From Eledone cirrhosa (taxonomy: Eukaryota): a stretch of DNA of 64,000 bases. The stretch covers positions 20,336,001 to 20,400,000 of the forward strand of contig OZ024764.1 in NCBI GenBank assembly GCA_964016885.1, read 5' to 3'. The notes beneath the pieces were generated by a model, which did not search any database, was not told the origin of the DNA, and saw only the letters and a list, made by a program, of their open reading frames with translations. Positions 22,666 to 36,691 of the stretch are shown one piece after another. Both the position numbers and the translations under genes were made by a program. Within the stretch, counting starts at the first letter, position 1. The number at the start of each line of letters is the position of its first letter.

Positions 22666-24315
22666 GAGGCATAACAAACTGAGGGTTCCCCAAGGGCCAC
22701 ATAGGTCACATGTGTTGTCTGAGGGTTGCACAGTGCAACTAATTATGTACATTACAACTAATTAAAGTCATTTAATAAAATATATTGCAGAAAGATTTGT
22801 TACTTAAATTTAGAAACATACAATGTACATACAAATGTTTTAGCAGCATTCATGAATACAAAGTAATGAAGTAGTTTGACAAAAAACTAGAATTTAACAT
22901 GTCAACATATACTTGCAGATTGTAACAGCAACAAATACATTGTACACAAATAACAACAGTTGAAAACTGAACATTTATTTGCTACTATTCAACCATTTTT
23001 AGTGTTTTGTCCTGAGGCTTGACACTTCTTTCTGTTGACAATTTTTGGTATATCTGGCTGAAATGTCTGTACAGTTCCAACTTTGATCAGAGATGACAAG
23101 TGTTGATCTGTCAACCTTGTTCTCTGAGAAGTTTTTGTTAAGCAAAGTACAGACTCAGTATGGGCAGTGATTTTCAGCTCTTTGCACATAAGAAAATGAA
23201 TTAAATTTTCATCTGACAACGGAGACTTCCATAAGCTAAGTCTTCTAATGAAGAACTTGATGTCATCATACAACTGAGTGATGGGTTTGTTTTTACCTTG
23301 TAATTTCAAATTAAGATCAGTTAATTGTGCAGTAATATCCACAACAAAAGCCAGATGTTGGAGCCAACTTTCATCTTTTATTTCATCTGTGTTTTGACTT
23401 TTCATCTCCAAAAACATAATTATTTCAGCACTTTGTGACATGTCAACCAGCAGACTTCTGTGTAGAATGGAACATCGGTGAACTGATTATCCATATCTTC
23501 CAACAACTGGCTGAACTGACGGTGGTTGAGAGCATGGCCTCTGATTTAGTTCACTGTCTTTGTGACCAAGCTAAGCACATGATGCAATTTTAAAATCTTT
23601 GAACATAAATTTTGCTTATGAATAATACAGTGAAAATGTGCAAATGATGAATCTAGATATGAGTTTTCTATTTTTGTTTGTAACTTGGCAGCAACACCAT
23701 TATGTCTACCAACCATATTTGCAGCACTGTCAGTAGATAAACATGCAAGTTTACTCAGATCAAAACCATGCAGACCCTGCTTGACCTTCTCAAAGATGTC
23801 CTGGCTTGTTATAGTGTTATGCATGGGGACCAGTTCAATCAGTTCTTCATAAATATTAAATTCACAGTCACAGGCCCTGGTGAAGAATGCAAGCTGTACT
23901 ATTCCAGTGATGTCAACAGTCTCTTCAATAGCAATAGAAACATGTTCAAACCTTGATGATACAGCCTTTAACTGTTGTTTCAGATCAACTGACATTTCAT
24001 TAATCTGTTCAGCAACAGTGTTCCTGGTTAATGAAATGTCTTTGAATAACGCTGCTTTCTCCGGACAGTTTCAGCTGTTTTTACAAGACATTGCTTTACA
24101 AAATCTCCTTCACTGTAAGATTTCCCACTCATGGCAATTATTCAACTGAGTTCATAGTTTGCAGTAACGGAAGTGACATCCTCTTCCTGAATTAACATAA
24201 AACAGGTCTGTTGCTGTGTCAAGTTAGACTTCAATTCCTTGAGTCTTGAAACACACATTGGGCCTTCATATTTATCGTAAGATCGATGGTTTGTTTCATA
24301 ATGTCTTTTTAAATT
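22666..24315 (-). mobile_element. Decayed Buster-type hAT, copy 2 (5' end lost by rearrangement)
   Basis: Paralog of 8687-10355; left TSD ATGTAGGT at 22658; homology breaks at ~24315. Confidence 0.85.
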
Positions 24316-24792
24316 TAAAAATTATTTTTAAATAACTTTAAAGATAATTTTAAGGCAACGTGACCCAACAGGTCGCGGGTGGTCTAGTTTGTTACTAAAT
24401 ACTAGATATTAGATGGTCTTGTTCTAGATGTGCTGGAAGAGCTATTCCATCTCGTGAGGCTCACACCAGCAGCTAGCCACCTCAGCACCTATGGTGGTAT
24501 ATTTATTATATTATTTATTCTTTATCATTAACATTAATATAAAAGATAATTATATATTTTTAGAGAAGAACCTCTAACTTCATATAGCTTAGGGCTTCAG
24601 TAGGTAAATGTCTGGCCCTGCTTGTCTTGTATTTTTTAGGGGAGAAGTTAGGGAATACGGTTATTGTGTGAAAGTTTTCTAAATCTTCTTCAGCCACTAA
24701 CATGGAGAAGATATTTCAGTAAGAAGGTTCACATCCTGACATCTATAGCTGTTAACAATGAGATTGGAATTCATTATTAAACAAATGTTATA

Positions 24793-25265
24793 TCATCATC
24801 ACTGTTTTACATCAGTTTTTCCACGCTGGCATGGGTTAGACGAGTTATCCTGTTGTAAGCAATGCCAGGTCAGGTGACCACGTGTTGCTCCTACAGAACC
24901 AATTTTGGTTTGGTTTCTACAGCTGGATGCCCTTCCTAGCACCAACCTTATTTACATTGAGTACTGGGTGCTTTTTACTATCTCACCAACTCGACCACTT
25001 CACAGTGTGGGCTGGGTACTTTTTTACTTTTTGTCATGGCACCTACATGACCACTTTACAGTGAGTACTGGGTACTTTTTATCGTGACACCTATGTGACC
25101 ACTTTACAGGGTGGACTGTGTACTTTTTGCCATGACACCAATGTGACCACTTTACAATGTGGATTGGGTACTTTTTGTCGTGACACCTACATGACCACTT
25201 TACAATGTGGAATGGGTACTTTTTGTCATGACACCTACACAACCTCTTTACAGTGTTGGCAGTGA
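24793..25265 (-). mobile_element. RTE 3' end with (CAT)n tail and ~48-bp tandem units
   Basis: TCATCATC tail, CTACAGCTGGATGCCCTTCCTA core, about 6 tandem units. Confidence 0.7.
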
Positions 25266-25337
25266 AATCTAATGCGCCAGCTTCAGTAATCAGAAGATAC
25301 ATATACACACACACAAACAGAAATATATATATATATT

Positions 25338-27400
25338 CAGTTGTACCTTGACTTACAAGTGTCCCAACTAATGAGTTTTTCGAGATACGAGCCCTCTTTC
25401 GGCTGATTTTTTGCGTTGAGTTCCAGAGTAAAATTCAGGTTACGAGTCAGCTTCAGATGCCCCGCCACTAGTTGGCATAGTGACCGCCACAGGCAATACC
25501 GTAACACCCGCCCGGCATCCCATGGCTTCGAAGAAAGTGAGGGCGAAGAACAGTTCTGAGAAGAAGAAGCAGATGATGTGTATTGAATTAAAGAAAGAAA
25601 TTATAGAAAAACATGACCAAGGTGTGTGTGTAGTGGACTTGGTGAAGTAGTACGAGCATAGCACTTCTATGATATGTACCATACTGAAGTAGAAGGACTT
25701 GATAAAGGCTATAACCCCAGCTAAGGGTGGTAAAATAATTTCTAAATAGCGGACATCTATCCATGAAAATATGGAAAAGCTGCTGATGGTGTGGTTGACG
25801 GAGAAGCAGCTCGCAAGAGATACTGTGATGAAGATTATAATATGTGAGAAGGCACGAGCTGTTTACGCTGATTTGCTGCAGCAGACCCCAGGTACTTCTA
25901 CGGATGAGGCATCGGCAAGCCCTTTAATGCCAGTCGGGGTTGGTTTGAGAATTTTAAAAAGAGGACGGGCATTCACTCCGTTGTCAGGCATGGTGAGGCA
26001 GCGAGCGCGGATATGAAGGCAGCTGAGGATTACCTCAAAACCTTTGTCAGAATTATAGCAGCCGAAGGATACATCCCTCAGCAAGTCTTTAACTGTGATG
26101 AAACAGGACTTTTTGGGAAGAAGATGCCAAGGAGGACTTATATAATGGCAGAGGAGAAGAGGATGCCTGGCCACAAACCCATGAAGGATAGGCTAACCCT
26201 CGCACTGTGTGCCACTGAGAGGTGACTGTAAGATTAAGTCGCTGCTCGTTTATCATTCAGAAAACTCCAGAACCTTTAAGTCACATAAGATTCTGAAAGA
26301 AAAACTGCAGGTTATGTGGAGGGCAAACCCGAGGTCATGGGTCTCCAGGCAGTTCTTTGTGGAGTGGGTGAATTTGGTCTTTGGTCCTGACGTTAAAAAA
26401 TATCTCCATGAAAATAACCTACCCCTGTAAACCCTTCTTGTCCTACATAATGCACCTTCTCACCCACCCACCCTCGAAGAGTTCAAGTTTATAAAGGTCC
26501 TCTACCTTTCACCAAACACCACCCCTATCCTACAGCCCAAGGACCAGCAGGTACTTTCTAATTTCAAGAAGCTCTTCACCAAGCACCTGTTCAGTCGCTG
26601 CTTTGAAGTGACGGAGAGCACAAACTTCACCCTTGAGAGGTCTGGAAGGACCATTATAACATCGTGATATGCCTCAGAATTATCGATATGACCTGGCAGG
26701 GTCTTACAAAGAGAACCTTGACCTCTACATGGAAGAAGCTGTGGCCTGAAGTTGTGTCTAAAACAGACTTTGAAAGACTCGAACCCGAATCGGCAGTGGT
26801 GGAGGAGATTGTACCCCTCGGTAAGTCCATGGGCCTGGACATGGATGAAGGTGACATCAACGAGCTCATCAAGGAGCACTCCGAGGAACTGACAACGAAG
26901 GAATTAAAGGTGCTACAGACACAGCAACACACGGAGGTTTTGCAGGAAATAGGTGACACAGAGGAGGTTATCTCAACAAGTGAGATGAAACAAACCTCAT
27001 CAGACAGGTTTTTATTGAAAATCTCTGCAGATAAAAGTGAGGAAAGTGTGGCGAAAAGGGGCAAAAATGAGCGAATAAGATTCAGTTCATCCTTTCTCCT
27101 CCGTCAACATCCTCAAGTCGTCTGATCTCCAAGATAGATGCTGTACATTATACTTCATAAAACCAGTTTGTTGCAGTACATTCTATTGTATTGTTTTTTT
27201 ATATACAATATCTGTTATTTATAAGTACATTTTTCTTATTTAAAAACACGTAACAAAACAAACTGTGGTTTTGCGGGGTCTGGAACGGATTAACGGCATT
27301 TTAATTTATTTCAGTGGGGAAAATTGATTTGACATACGAGTAATTTAAGTTACGAGGTCCTCCACGGAACAAATTAAACTCATAAGTCAAGGTACCACAG
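25338..27400 (+). mobile_element. Tigger (pogo/CENP-B family) DNA transposon with disrupted transposase, private to unit 2
   Basis: TIRs CAGTTGTACCTTGACTTACAAGT / ACTCATAAGTCAAGGTACCACAG; ATG 25522 MASKKV..IELKKEIIEKH, MEKLLMVWL, QVFNCDETGLF, GHKPMKDRLTL; stops and frameshifts. Confidence 0.9.
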
Positions 27401-27429
27401 TGTGTGTGTATATATATATATGAAGGAAC

Positions 27430-27598
27430 GATCGACTTTCATCAAATCGGACCGAGGAAGCAATGTTTCCATTGGTCTTTCCAATTGCTAGTACTAACGG
27501 TCGCAATTCCAGGTAGAAGGAACAACGTGAAATAAAGTGTCTTGCTCAAGGACATAACGCATCGCCTGGTCCAGGAAGCGAACTCACAACCTCAAGAT
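27430..27598 (-). mobile_element. tRNA-derived SINE
   Basis: Reverse complement of the SINE at 51024-51230. Confidence 0.7.
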
Positions 27599-28641
27599 AT
27601 ATATAGTTAAATATTAGACAGGAACAAAAAACAGAGGCAGTGCAGATGGTAGATTATACCGAGAGAGAGACAGACAAACACATCTAAACCTCTACTACTG
27701 TAAAACATAAAACATATGTAAGGAAAGAGAACTCTCGTTACATCCCCTCTTCTTTTTGATATACGTTCTTTAGATACTTTGTACAATGGAATCTACTTTA
27801 TTTTGTGTCCTAAGTAGATTTCTGTTTAAGTATTTACGAGATTCACAATGATTCACGTAACCAAGTTACTTACATAGAGATATATTCCAGATAGAATCAC
27901 AACAAATGAAAATATGAAGTCAACACTCTGTCAAACAGTCTCACATCACATGGGGTGCCGGAGTCTCCCTCTAATACTTTCTGAGACAGTCTTACCTCGA
28001 GTGATAGCAAGGCTAAGATGTTGGAACTACCAAACACCCTCATATGTATCATCTGACACCTCGGTAAGGAGAGCTGCCAACGATAACAAGAACCTCGTTG
28101 TCAGGGACCTATCTCCTCTAAACTTCTCCAACACCACAGACTAGAATATTCTACTCTTTATTCCCTATCAAATATATTTCAGTCTAGTCATTTGTCTTGT
28201 ATATGTATTTTCAAAACTAACTGTCACATTTGTGAGACCCCAGTTAGTGATGTTTTTGTCTCCCTCCCACATCTTACATGCTGTAGTAAAAGTGAGGGTC
28301 ACTGCTTCTGTAGACGAACGAAATAAAAGCTAAACTACCAGTAATTATCGGCAAAGTATTTATTCCAGTCTGTGATGTTTGAGAAGCTGGCCTGCTGACA
28401 ACGAAGTTGTGGTCACTGTTGGCAGCTGGCTTTACCGAAGGACCTGATGACTCTTGTGAGGGTACTTAGCTGTTCTGGTGGTTTAGCCTCCACATGACCC
28501 GATCTTACCGAGATACCCGGTGATCTCTGTAAGATTACTTAGCTGTTCTATTTTAATTACATTTACTGTTTTTAACTTCATTTTTTTATTACAAACTTTA
28601 CATAATTTAATTCTGTAAAAAAATTGACCTTTGACATTGAA

Positions 28642-28751
28642 GCATGCGCAGTGGTGCAGTTGTCGACTTCCTGTCCACGTGTTAGTCTTCCTACAACATC
28701 ATTTAGACAACATTTCTGTAAATACTAAACACCTAAGACTATAATGTAAGT
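28642..28751 (+). promoter_or_regulatory. Putative promoter and non-coding first exon of ZNF3
   Basis: Same NRF1/ETS/E-box cluster; donor GT at 28746. Confidence 0.6.
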
Positions 28752-28813
28752 ATTATGTCTATTAATATTGTAGATTTAAGCTCACTTTTCACATCACAAA
28801 TATATATTTTCTT

Positions 28814-29513
28814 TGCTCAACCTTAAGTCTCACGTCAGAAATGAAATTTATTTTCATTTTCGATTCATTAAAAACTATTGTTTATCTGAATACAAAAACT
28901 GGTTGGACGACTACGGGCTGGCACTACGTTAGTTGATGTTTTGGATGTAAATGACATCGTTAATGAGAATATTACACTAGTTACTCTTATACCTGTCATA
29001 CACGGTGACAATCTATGTTACAGTGGCTCGTAAGACGGCAGTGACAGTGTCAATTGTCCTGTTTATAATGAAACCTGCACATTAAACCATTATTCTGAGA
29101 CTCACAAGAAATGGAGATGGCGATGTAACCCCGACAATGTCTCCAAAGCAGTGCGACATAATTGTTTTTTTCAAGGAAGCCATGTGCCACTCGATCACCT
29201 TATTTTTATTTTATACACGTGGTGCTACAATTATACACAAGCTGAGATGATTCGAGAAACGGGAGTCTCCCAACCGACAATTATTGACTGGTGCAATTTT
29301 ATTCGAGAAATTTGCGAGCAATATTTGGGGGAAAATTGCCAACAACTTGGAGGCTTCGATGACAATGGTGAGTCCATCATTGTCGAGATCGACGAGAGCC
29401 AACATGGTACCAGAGCTGCTTTATTTCAATCTTATATTGCAGTCTTTGGCGACAGAGAGTTGGTGCCAACAAGTTTGGTGAGATGATAAACTGCATTGGA
29501 GCAATTGATATGG
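28814..29513 (+). mobile_element. Merlin/IS1595(ISXO2)-like transposase fragment, private insertion
   Basis: FFQGSH..., TIIDWCNFIREIC, LGG...IVEIDES motifs; absent at the paralogous sites ~12722 and ~53172. Confidence 0.7.
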
Positions 29514-29589
29514 TGTTTCATTACTGGAAATATAAGATGTTATGGTAATTATCTATATTTTACCTCACACCTTAGGGGTTAACTACACA

Positions 29590-29920
29590 CTTTGAGGCAA
29601 GCCAACACACTGGCAGCAATAACACGGGTGATGGTGAGGCTAAGGTGCTTAAATAACCAGGTACCCACACGGGTATCACCTAACACCTCAGTAAGCTGAG
29701 GCTAAGGTGCTGAAATAACCAGGTACCCTCACGGGTATCACCTGACACCTCAGTAAGGTGAGGCTAAGGTGCTGAAATAACCAGGTACCCTCACGGGTAT
29801 CACCTGACACCTCAGTAAGGTGAGGCTAAGGTGCTGAAATAACCAGGTACCCTCACGGGTATCACCTGACACGTCAGTAAGGTGAGTCTAAGGGGCTGAA
29901 ATAACCAGGTACTCTCACGG
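29590..29920 (-). repeat. 62-bp CRE-derived minisatellite, about 4.7 copies
   Basis: Same unit as 15648-15810. Confidence 0.88.
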
Positions 29921-30791
29921 AAATGACTAGATTTGTAGAAAAAGTAGGGTGAAAGTATACGAAGAGATGTAGTTTCACAGATCTACTCACACCTCACGTT
30001 GGGTGGGAAATAATTATTTTTCTTAGATTTTTTTCTAGACCCCTTTTCAATATTTTCACTGAACCCCTTAGATACTTGCAATAGACGTTTTATTCGCCAG
30101 TATTAGGGATGCAAACATCTAAGAGGTCGAGAAATAAAAATAGGGAAAGATAATTATTTCCCAGCCAACTGGAGAAGTGTGTAGCTCTTCTAAACTCCGA
30201 TAATCCTGTCTCCCACTTCTTTATCTACAAATCTAGTCGTTTCCTGCTACTTTGAAGGCCCTATTTATTGATAACACCACTTGTAAATCTTTGTCAACTT
30301 TTCATACGTAAATTGTGAATCAGTTATTTTTAAACAAACTATCAAAGAAGTGATCTCACAGTAACTGTGTTTGATTTAATCAACTTATTCCCCCCAAACA
30401 TTGTCGACCTTGTGTCTAAATCAGAAACTATTATTAGATCTTAAATCAACCCCGTAAAGATGAAGGGCAAAGCTAACCTCGGCGGGATTTCAACCGTTTA
30501 TGTTATGAGTTCAAATCCCACCAAAGTTAACTTTGTCTTTCATTCTAACGGGGTGGATAAATTAAAGTTCCAGTTATCTACTGGGGTCTAAGATATTAAC
30601 GTTTGAGTAGATTCTATCTTTTTGTGTGTTTGTATTTATAATCTTACTAGAATACCTGTGACCTGTTGGGTCACGTTCCCTTTAAAAATAATTTTTAAAT
30701 AATTAAAATATACACAGACATGTATATAATGTAAAATGAAATTATTAGGCCCATATATATATAATTATATATATGCGTGTGTGTGTATATA

Positions 30792-31642
30792 CAGGGTGTG
30801 AACGATATTTGTTCACAATTTTCAACTGCTAAATTTATGCAAATTTTTTTTACTTCCGTTGTCACTCTTGTCTTCATAAAAACAGTGACTATATTTCCAT
30901 TATTTATTTTCCGAATAATTGATTATGAATAATTTTGAACCTCCAAATTTGTGGAAGAGACAGAGTTCCTCTTGGAATCCGCGCCTGGAGGACAAATAAG
31001 GACCAGAAGATCAACTCCCAGAACAACAGGTGGTTCGCTGTCTCATCCAAAGACCTGCCCAGAGTCATGCAGACAAAGTTTCCAGCGACAACATTGGTCT
31101 TTGGTGTCATCAGCAGTCAAGGTGACGTCAAGCCACCTCCCTTCTTCCCTGAGGACCTCAAGCTGAACACCGATGGCTACATCCACGTTCTGAGCGAGGT
31201 AGTAAAGCCCTGGATCGACCAGGTAGCTGCAGGTAGGCTGTACGTGTGGCAGCAAGACCCAAGCCTGGCTGTCAGAGAACTTCGTCGACCACACTTCACC
31301 TGACATCTGGCCTCCCAGCTCGCCTGACTGCAACCCCCTCAACTTCTTTGTGTGGGGCGCAGTGGAACGAGACACCAACAGATGTAGCTGCAATACGAAA
31401 GACGATCTGAAGGCCAGGATCACAAGTGCCTTTAGGGGCCTAAGTCGGGGGACAGTGACGAAGGCCTGTAGCTGGTTCCGAGGCCGTCATCAAAGCCAAT
31501 GGCGGGTTTATGGAGTGAGATCGAAAGAACAAGTCATGAAGACAAACTGACACAAGTTTGATAAATATATCTTAAAAAATAAAACTACTGTCTTATTTTT
31601 TCCTAGACAGTAATCTTGCGAACAAATATCGTCCGCACTCTG
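30792..31642 (+). mobile_element. Internally deleted Tc1/mariner-superfamily (DD37D/maT-like) transposon
   Basis: TA TSD; TIRs CAGGGTGTGAACGATATTTGTTCACAA / TTGCGAACAAATATCGTCCGCACTCTG; VFGVISSQG, YVWQQD, WPPSSPDCNPLNFFVWG. Confidence 0.88.
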
Positions 31643-31768
31643 TATATGTGTGTGTGTGTCTGTGGCCTTAATACCCTAGTCACAGACACACTCATACACA
31701 CACACACACACACACAAGTAATAATTTTGTTCAACAACACCACCAGCTCTCTCTCTATATATATATAT

Positions 31769-33160
31769 CATCATCATCATCACCGTTTTACGTCCCTTCT
31801 TCCATGCTAGCATGGGTCGGACAGGTTGTCCTGTTTTGGGCAGTGTCTGGTCAGCTGACCTTGTCTTGCTCATAAGGGAACTGATTCTGGCTTGATTTCT
31901 ACAGCTGGATGCCCTTCCTAACACCAACCTCATTTACAGTGAGTGCTGGGTGCTTTTTTTCCGTGGTGCCTACATGTCCACTTTACAGTGTGGGCTGGGT
32001 GCTTTTTTGCCGTGGCACCTCCACGAGGGCGTGGGGGCATATTGTCTATATGCTTCAGCTTCAGCTTGTACCCGTGGGGTGGTCGGTCTTCTTTATTACT
32101 GCATGACGCCAGAGGTCACGGTCGTGTGTCATCGCCTTTGAGAGGTGTAATTGGGTAAGGTCGGCTTTTATCACCTCATCCCAGGTCTTCTTGGGTCTCC
32201 CCACCCCACGGCTTCCATTGACTTCTAGTGCTCTGCACCTTTTTATGCAGCTGTCATCCTTCATACGCATCACATGTCCATACCAGCGCAACCGCCTCTC
32301 CTACACACAACATTTGATTCCTCTTATGCTCAGTCTCAGTCTCAATTCGTTTATGCTTTGCCGTTCACGTATATTACTATTACACATCCAACAGAGCATG
32401 CAGGCTTCGTTTCTTTCTAATCTACGTAAGTCTTCTACCTTCAGCGCCCAGGTCTCACTACCATGTAACATTGCTGTTTGTATGCACGCATCATACAGTC
32501 ATGAACTTCTTCCATCCCGTTCTTACCCTAGTCATTGTACTTTCCGAACACCCACCACCGCTCCTAATTCGGTCACCTAGGTAACAGAAGCTGTCTACTG
32601 TTTCTACAGAGCCCTCCCAGAGATTGGTGGTACTTATTTCCTGTGGCTGTTTGCTGCTTGCTGTCCCAGCACAACTGCTACATGTGAAGCATGCTACATT
32701 CTTAATTAAGCTTCCTGAGATCCCGCTACATCTCTTGTGTACCCATTGTTTGTATTTGGGGCAGAGGATGGAGTTCCTACCTACACCTTTCCCACATACT
32801 AAGCAAGGCCATTTCCCTGAGGGAATCTGGGTTCTGCTTTCTCGTCTACTTACAAGGACCTTAGTCTTTGTCAGGTTGACTTTGAGACCCTTTCTTTCTA
32901 GTCCCTGCTTCCAAGTTTGGAATTTCTTCTCTAGTTCTACCATAGAGTCAGCTATAAGTGCGAGGTCATCTGCATACAGGAGTTCCCATGGGCATCCGGT
33001 CTTAAACTCTTCCGTTATTGCCTGCAGAACTATGATGAACAGGAGACGGCTAAGAACAGAGCCCTGGTGGACACTGACCCGTATGCTAAATTCCTTTCTC
33101 TAGTCATTGCTAATGCTAACTCTGCTGACTGCTTCCCTATACATGGTTGGTACAGCTTTC
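31769..33160 (-). mobile_element. 5'-truncated RTE LINE (RT end, PHD-like Cys cluster, C-terminus, 3' UTR, (GAT)n tail)
   Basis: ORFs 32491-32943 and 32061-32291 match the RTE at 43468-45462; tail abuts (TA)n. Confidence 0.9.
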
Positions 33161-33309
33161 ACATTTCGGGGTCAACTTCCTTTCAAACTATTTTCCCATT
33201 ATGCCCCGTTTTAGCTGTATTACATTACAGACAAGACACAATCACAGAGTTTTAGGTTTATAATGTTATAGTATCATGATAGGGTAATACAGTTATTTAT
33301 AGACCTGTG

Positions 33310-33415
33310 GTAAATGTTGGTTCAATTCACCCTGGGGGTGTTAGTGTTGGTTCAGTCCATCCTGGGGGATGTAAGTGTTGGTTCAGTCCACCCTGGGGGG
33401 TGTAAGTGTTGGTCA
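33310..33415. repeat. ~31-bp minisatellite (GTAAGTGTTGGTTCAGTCCACCCTGGGGGGT), about 3.5 copies; about 4.5 copies at 55182-55320
   Basis: Direct tandem repeat. Confidence 0.8.
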
Positions 33416-33419
33416 ACTA

Positions 33420-33830
33420 GAGGCTTGTTGGTGAGGACAAGCTGGAAGTGGTGACATCTTTCTGCTACCTGTGTGACATGTCAGCTGGAAGTGGAGCCAA
33501 GTTCACTGCCATCGTGCTGTGCCACTCCACAGGTAACAAATTTAGGCAGCTTCTCCTAATCTTCAAGACATGCTGGCTACCATTACACACCATGGGGCAG
33601 ATTTATAACACCTGTGGGAGAAGTGTGTTGTTTCATGCCAGCGAGACCTGGGCCATGTTATCTGACTGTCTGAATTGACTCTGAAGAAATGACAGCTATG
33701 ATCCACTGGATGTGTAGTGTGACCATTGAGGATGATGTCAGCTCAACTGAGCTCTTAAAAAAACTGCTGATCGACAACCTCAAGGATGTGTTTCACAGGA
33801 GACACATGCACTGGTATGGCCATGTTGTGC
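33420..33830 (+). mobile_element. Decayed RTE fragment (paralog 55340-55748)
   Basis: LEVVTSFCYL, HASETWA, WMC and HWYGHV motifs. Confidence 0.75.
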
Positions 33831-33834
33831 ATTC

Positions 33835-36490
33835 TCTCTCAACTCATCTATGCTTGGTCGTTGATGCACATTGACATTGCACATCCAACGGAGCATACTT
33901 GCTTCATTTCTCTCCAGCCATCGCATATCCTCCACAGTTGCTGTCCATGTCTCACTACCATGCAGCATCACACATCTCACGCAGGCATCACCAGCCATTC
34001 GTTCTTAGAGAGAAACCCTTCTTTGTCAACAGAGCAAGCAGCTCCCTAAACGTCTTCCAACCTGTCCTTATTCTAGATACTATGGCCTCTGAGCACCCTC
34101 CTCCCATGCTAATCTGATCACCTAGGTATCGGAAGCTATCAACCACCTCTGTAGATCCTACCTGCATTTGAAAAATGTGTCTATCAATGCGACTTCTACT
34201 GTCAAATTTCCCTGTACATCTACTGCATATGTAGTTTTCCCTACCTGTTAGTTTGCCTGCTATCCCACTACATTTCTTGTGTACCCAAAATCTGCATTGT
34301 GTACATTATAGAATTTATGCCAGTTCCTTTTCTACATATTGAAAAATGCCATTTCCCTGATGGAATGACAGTTTTCTCCTCTTTTCTACTCATCAACACT
34401 TTTGTCTTAGCTAGGTTCACTCTCAGTCCTCTTGCTTCCAACTGCTGTTTCAATAGCCAGAATTTATGCTCTAGCTCCTCTACTGATTCTGCTATAAGAA
34501 CCAGATCGTCAGCCTAGAGAAGTTCCCATGGGCAGCCAGTCTTAAACTCCTCTTTTATGGCTGGAGGCCTATAATGAACAATAGCTGGCTGAGGACCGAC
34601 CCTGATGTACTCCTACTTGTATCTGGAATTCCTTATTAAACTCCATTCCTACCCTCACTTTACTGACACCACCTCTGTACATAGCTTGCATTGTCCTCAC
34701 AAACTATTCCTCTACACCTAGTTTCCTTAGGGACCACCAGATGACAGATTGGGGTACTCTATCAAAGGCCTTTTCTAGGTGAACAAAAGCTAAGTATAGT
34801 GGTTTATTCTTCTCTAAGAACCTCTCTTGTAGTTGTCTCACTAAGAAGAGGGCATCTGTTTGACCCTTTCTCTAAGTTGCGCTAGTATTCTTTCTGTCAC
34901 TTTCATAACCTGATCCATCAGTTTTATACCCCTATAATTACTCCCCTCCAGAACATCTCCTTTATCTTTACCTCAATTTATGAGAATACTGCTGCACCAA
35001 TCTTTGGGTATGACACCACCATATATAGCCTGATTAATGATGCATGCAACCAGTTTAATTCCTACTTCTCCTGATGCCTTTTGCATCTCAGCAACTATCC
35101 CCAACAGTCCAGCAGACCTCCATTTTTCCTTTCCTTAATTACCTTTTGGACCCTATAGTCGTCAATCTCAATAGCTGGTCCTTCTGTCGGGTCTACTGAA
35201 GGTAGTTTCTCTCCTCTACATTCTCCACATTCATCAGTCTCTCATAATGACATTTCCAGACCTTCTTTTTCTGATCATTCGTGACACTAAGTACACCGGC
35301 ATCATCCCGGACACATTTATCTCCAACAACATCCTGATTTGCACTGACACACTGCCTTGCAATGTGGAACACTGCACGCCTCTGATCTTCCCGTCGCAGA
35401 ACATTGGCAAACCTCCTACTCTCAGCCTCCCTGCGTGCTAAGTAGACCTGACATCTAGCTTCTCTCTTAGTGGCTGTGTATCGGTCTCTACCCCTACAAT
35501 TTTTCCAAACATTCCATGCTAGTCTTTTGTCTCTAATGGCTCTATCTACCGTGCTGTTCCACCACCAGGTCACCCTCTGTCTGGTTGGAGCTCTGCTCCA
35601 GCCACAAGTTTCTTCAGTAACCTGCAGTAAGTTGTCACGTAAGAAATTCCAGTTATCATCTATGGCATACGATGCTAAATCGTCTTCTTTTTCGTCATAC
35701 ACATCTTGAAGGTCTTGCCTAAAGGGCTTGCCTGTGAAAGGTCTTTTAGTTTCCAGACCTTCCTTTTTCACACCTTCTTGTATGTCTCACTTTGTCTCTT
35801 GCTTACTGAGATGTCACTAACGACTAACCTATGTTGGGGGGTTACATTGTTCCCTGGGATATGCCTTAGTATTTAACACCATCTGTCTGTCTTGCTGCTT
35901 AACTAGCAAGAAGTCAATCTGTCTCATGTGCTCGCCTGATTGGTAGGTTATTAGGTGGTTGGTAGGTTTCTTGAAGTATTGCAAATGGTTAGTTCACTTG
36001 CATCTAAAAATACAAGAAGTCTCACTCCTTCTTCGTTTCTTGAGCCATAACCATGACCACCATGTACCCCAGTGTATCCATCCTGGAGCTGTCCAACATG
36101 ACCATGGAAGTCCCCTGCTATTATAACTAGGTCTCTGTCATTGTGGTTATCTCTACTTATTCCTTTTCTACATATGGAGCAGGGCCACTTTCCTGAAGGT
36201 GTCAGGGTCTTCTCTCCTATCCATTAGCACTTTAGTTTTGGCTAAGTATATTCTCAGAACTTACTATTTCAAATTCTATATCTATAGCTGGTCATCTACA
36301 TAGAGAAGTTTCCATAGACAGCCAGTCTTAAACCTCTCTGTTATGGCTTGGAGAACTATGATGAACAACAGTGGGCTAAGAACTAAACCATGATGAACTC
36401 CTACCTGTACCTTCAATTCCTCACTAAACACACTTTACTGACAGCTTCTCACAAGTCATTCTTCTACACCAATTTCTTTAACCATTTAGT
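33835..36490 (-). mobile_element. Decayed long RTE LINE in the ZNF3 intron
   Basis: Fragments VTWWWNSTVD, VNLAKTKVL, LHGSETW with many stops and deletions. Confidence 0.88.
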
Positions 36491-36691
36491 ATATAAACTG
36501 GCCATATCTGGCCAGACTTCTCCCACATCTTTCTGTTCAAACTGGCCGTAACTGGTCACTTCTACTTATGTTAAGGTATTGTTCTCAAAATAAGTAACAT
36601 CAAAATCTCATAGATTTGATATTATGTGAGATAAAGAATTTACTGTGAAAATGTAATAGTAAATATAGAGTAATGTGAATACTAAAGGGTT

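Larger units (their letters stand above)
30647..33263 (-). mobile_element. Non-autonomous Helitron (same family as 6937) hosting nested Tc1/mariner and RTE insertions
   Basis: A|CTAG at 30647 with GTGACC/GGTCAC hairpin; 5' part at 33200-33260; uninterrupted paralog at 54681-55136. Confidence 0.65.

Noticed and set aside
29590-29920. 39-, 48-, 62-, 72- and 82-bp arrays as CRISPR-like arrays
   Set aside because: Contiguous tandem units without unique spacers, no cas genes, eukaryotic context.
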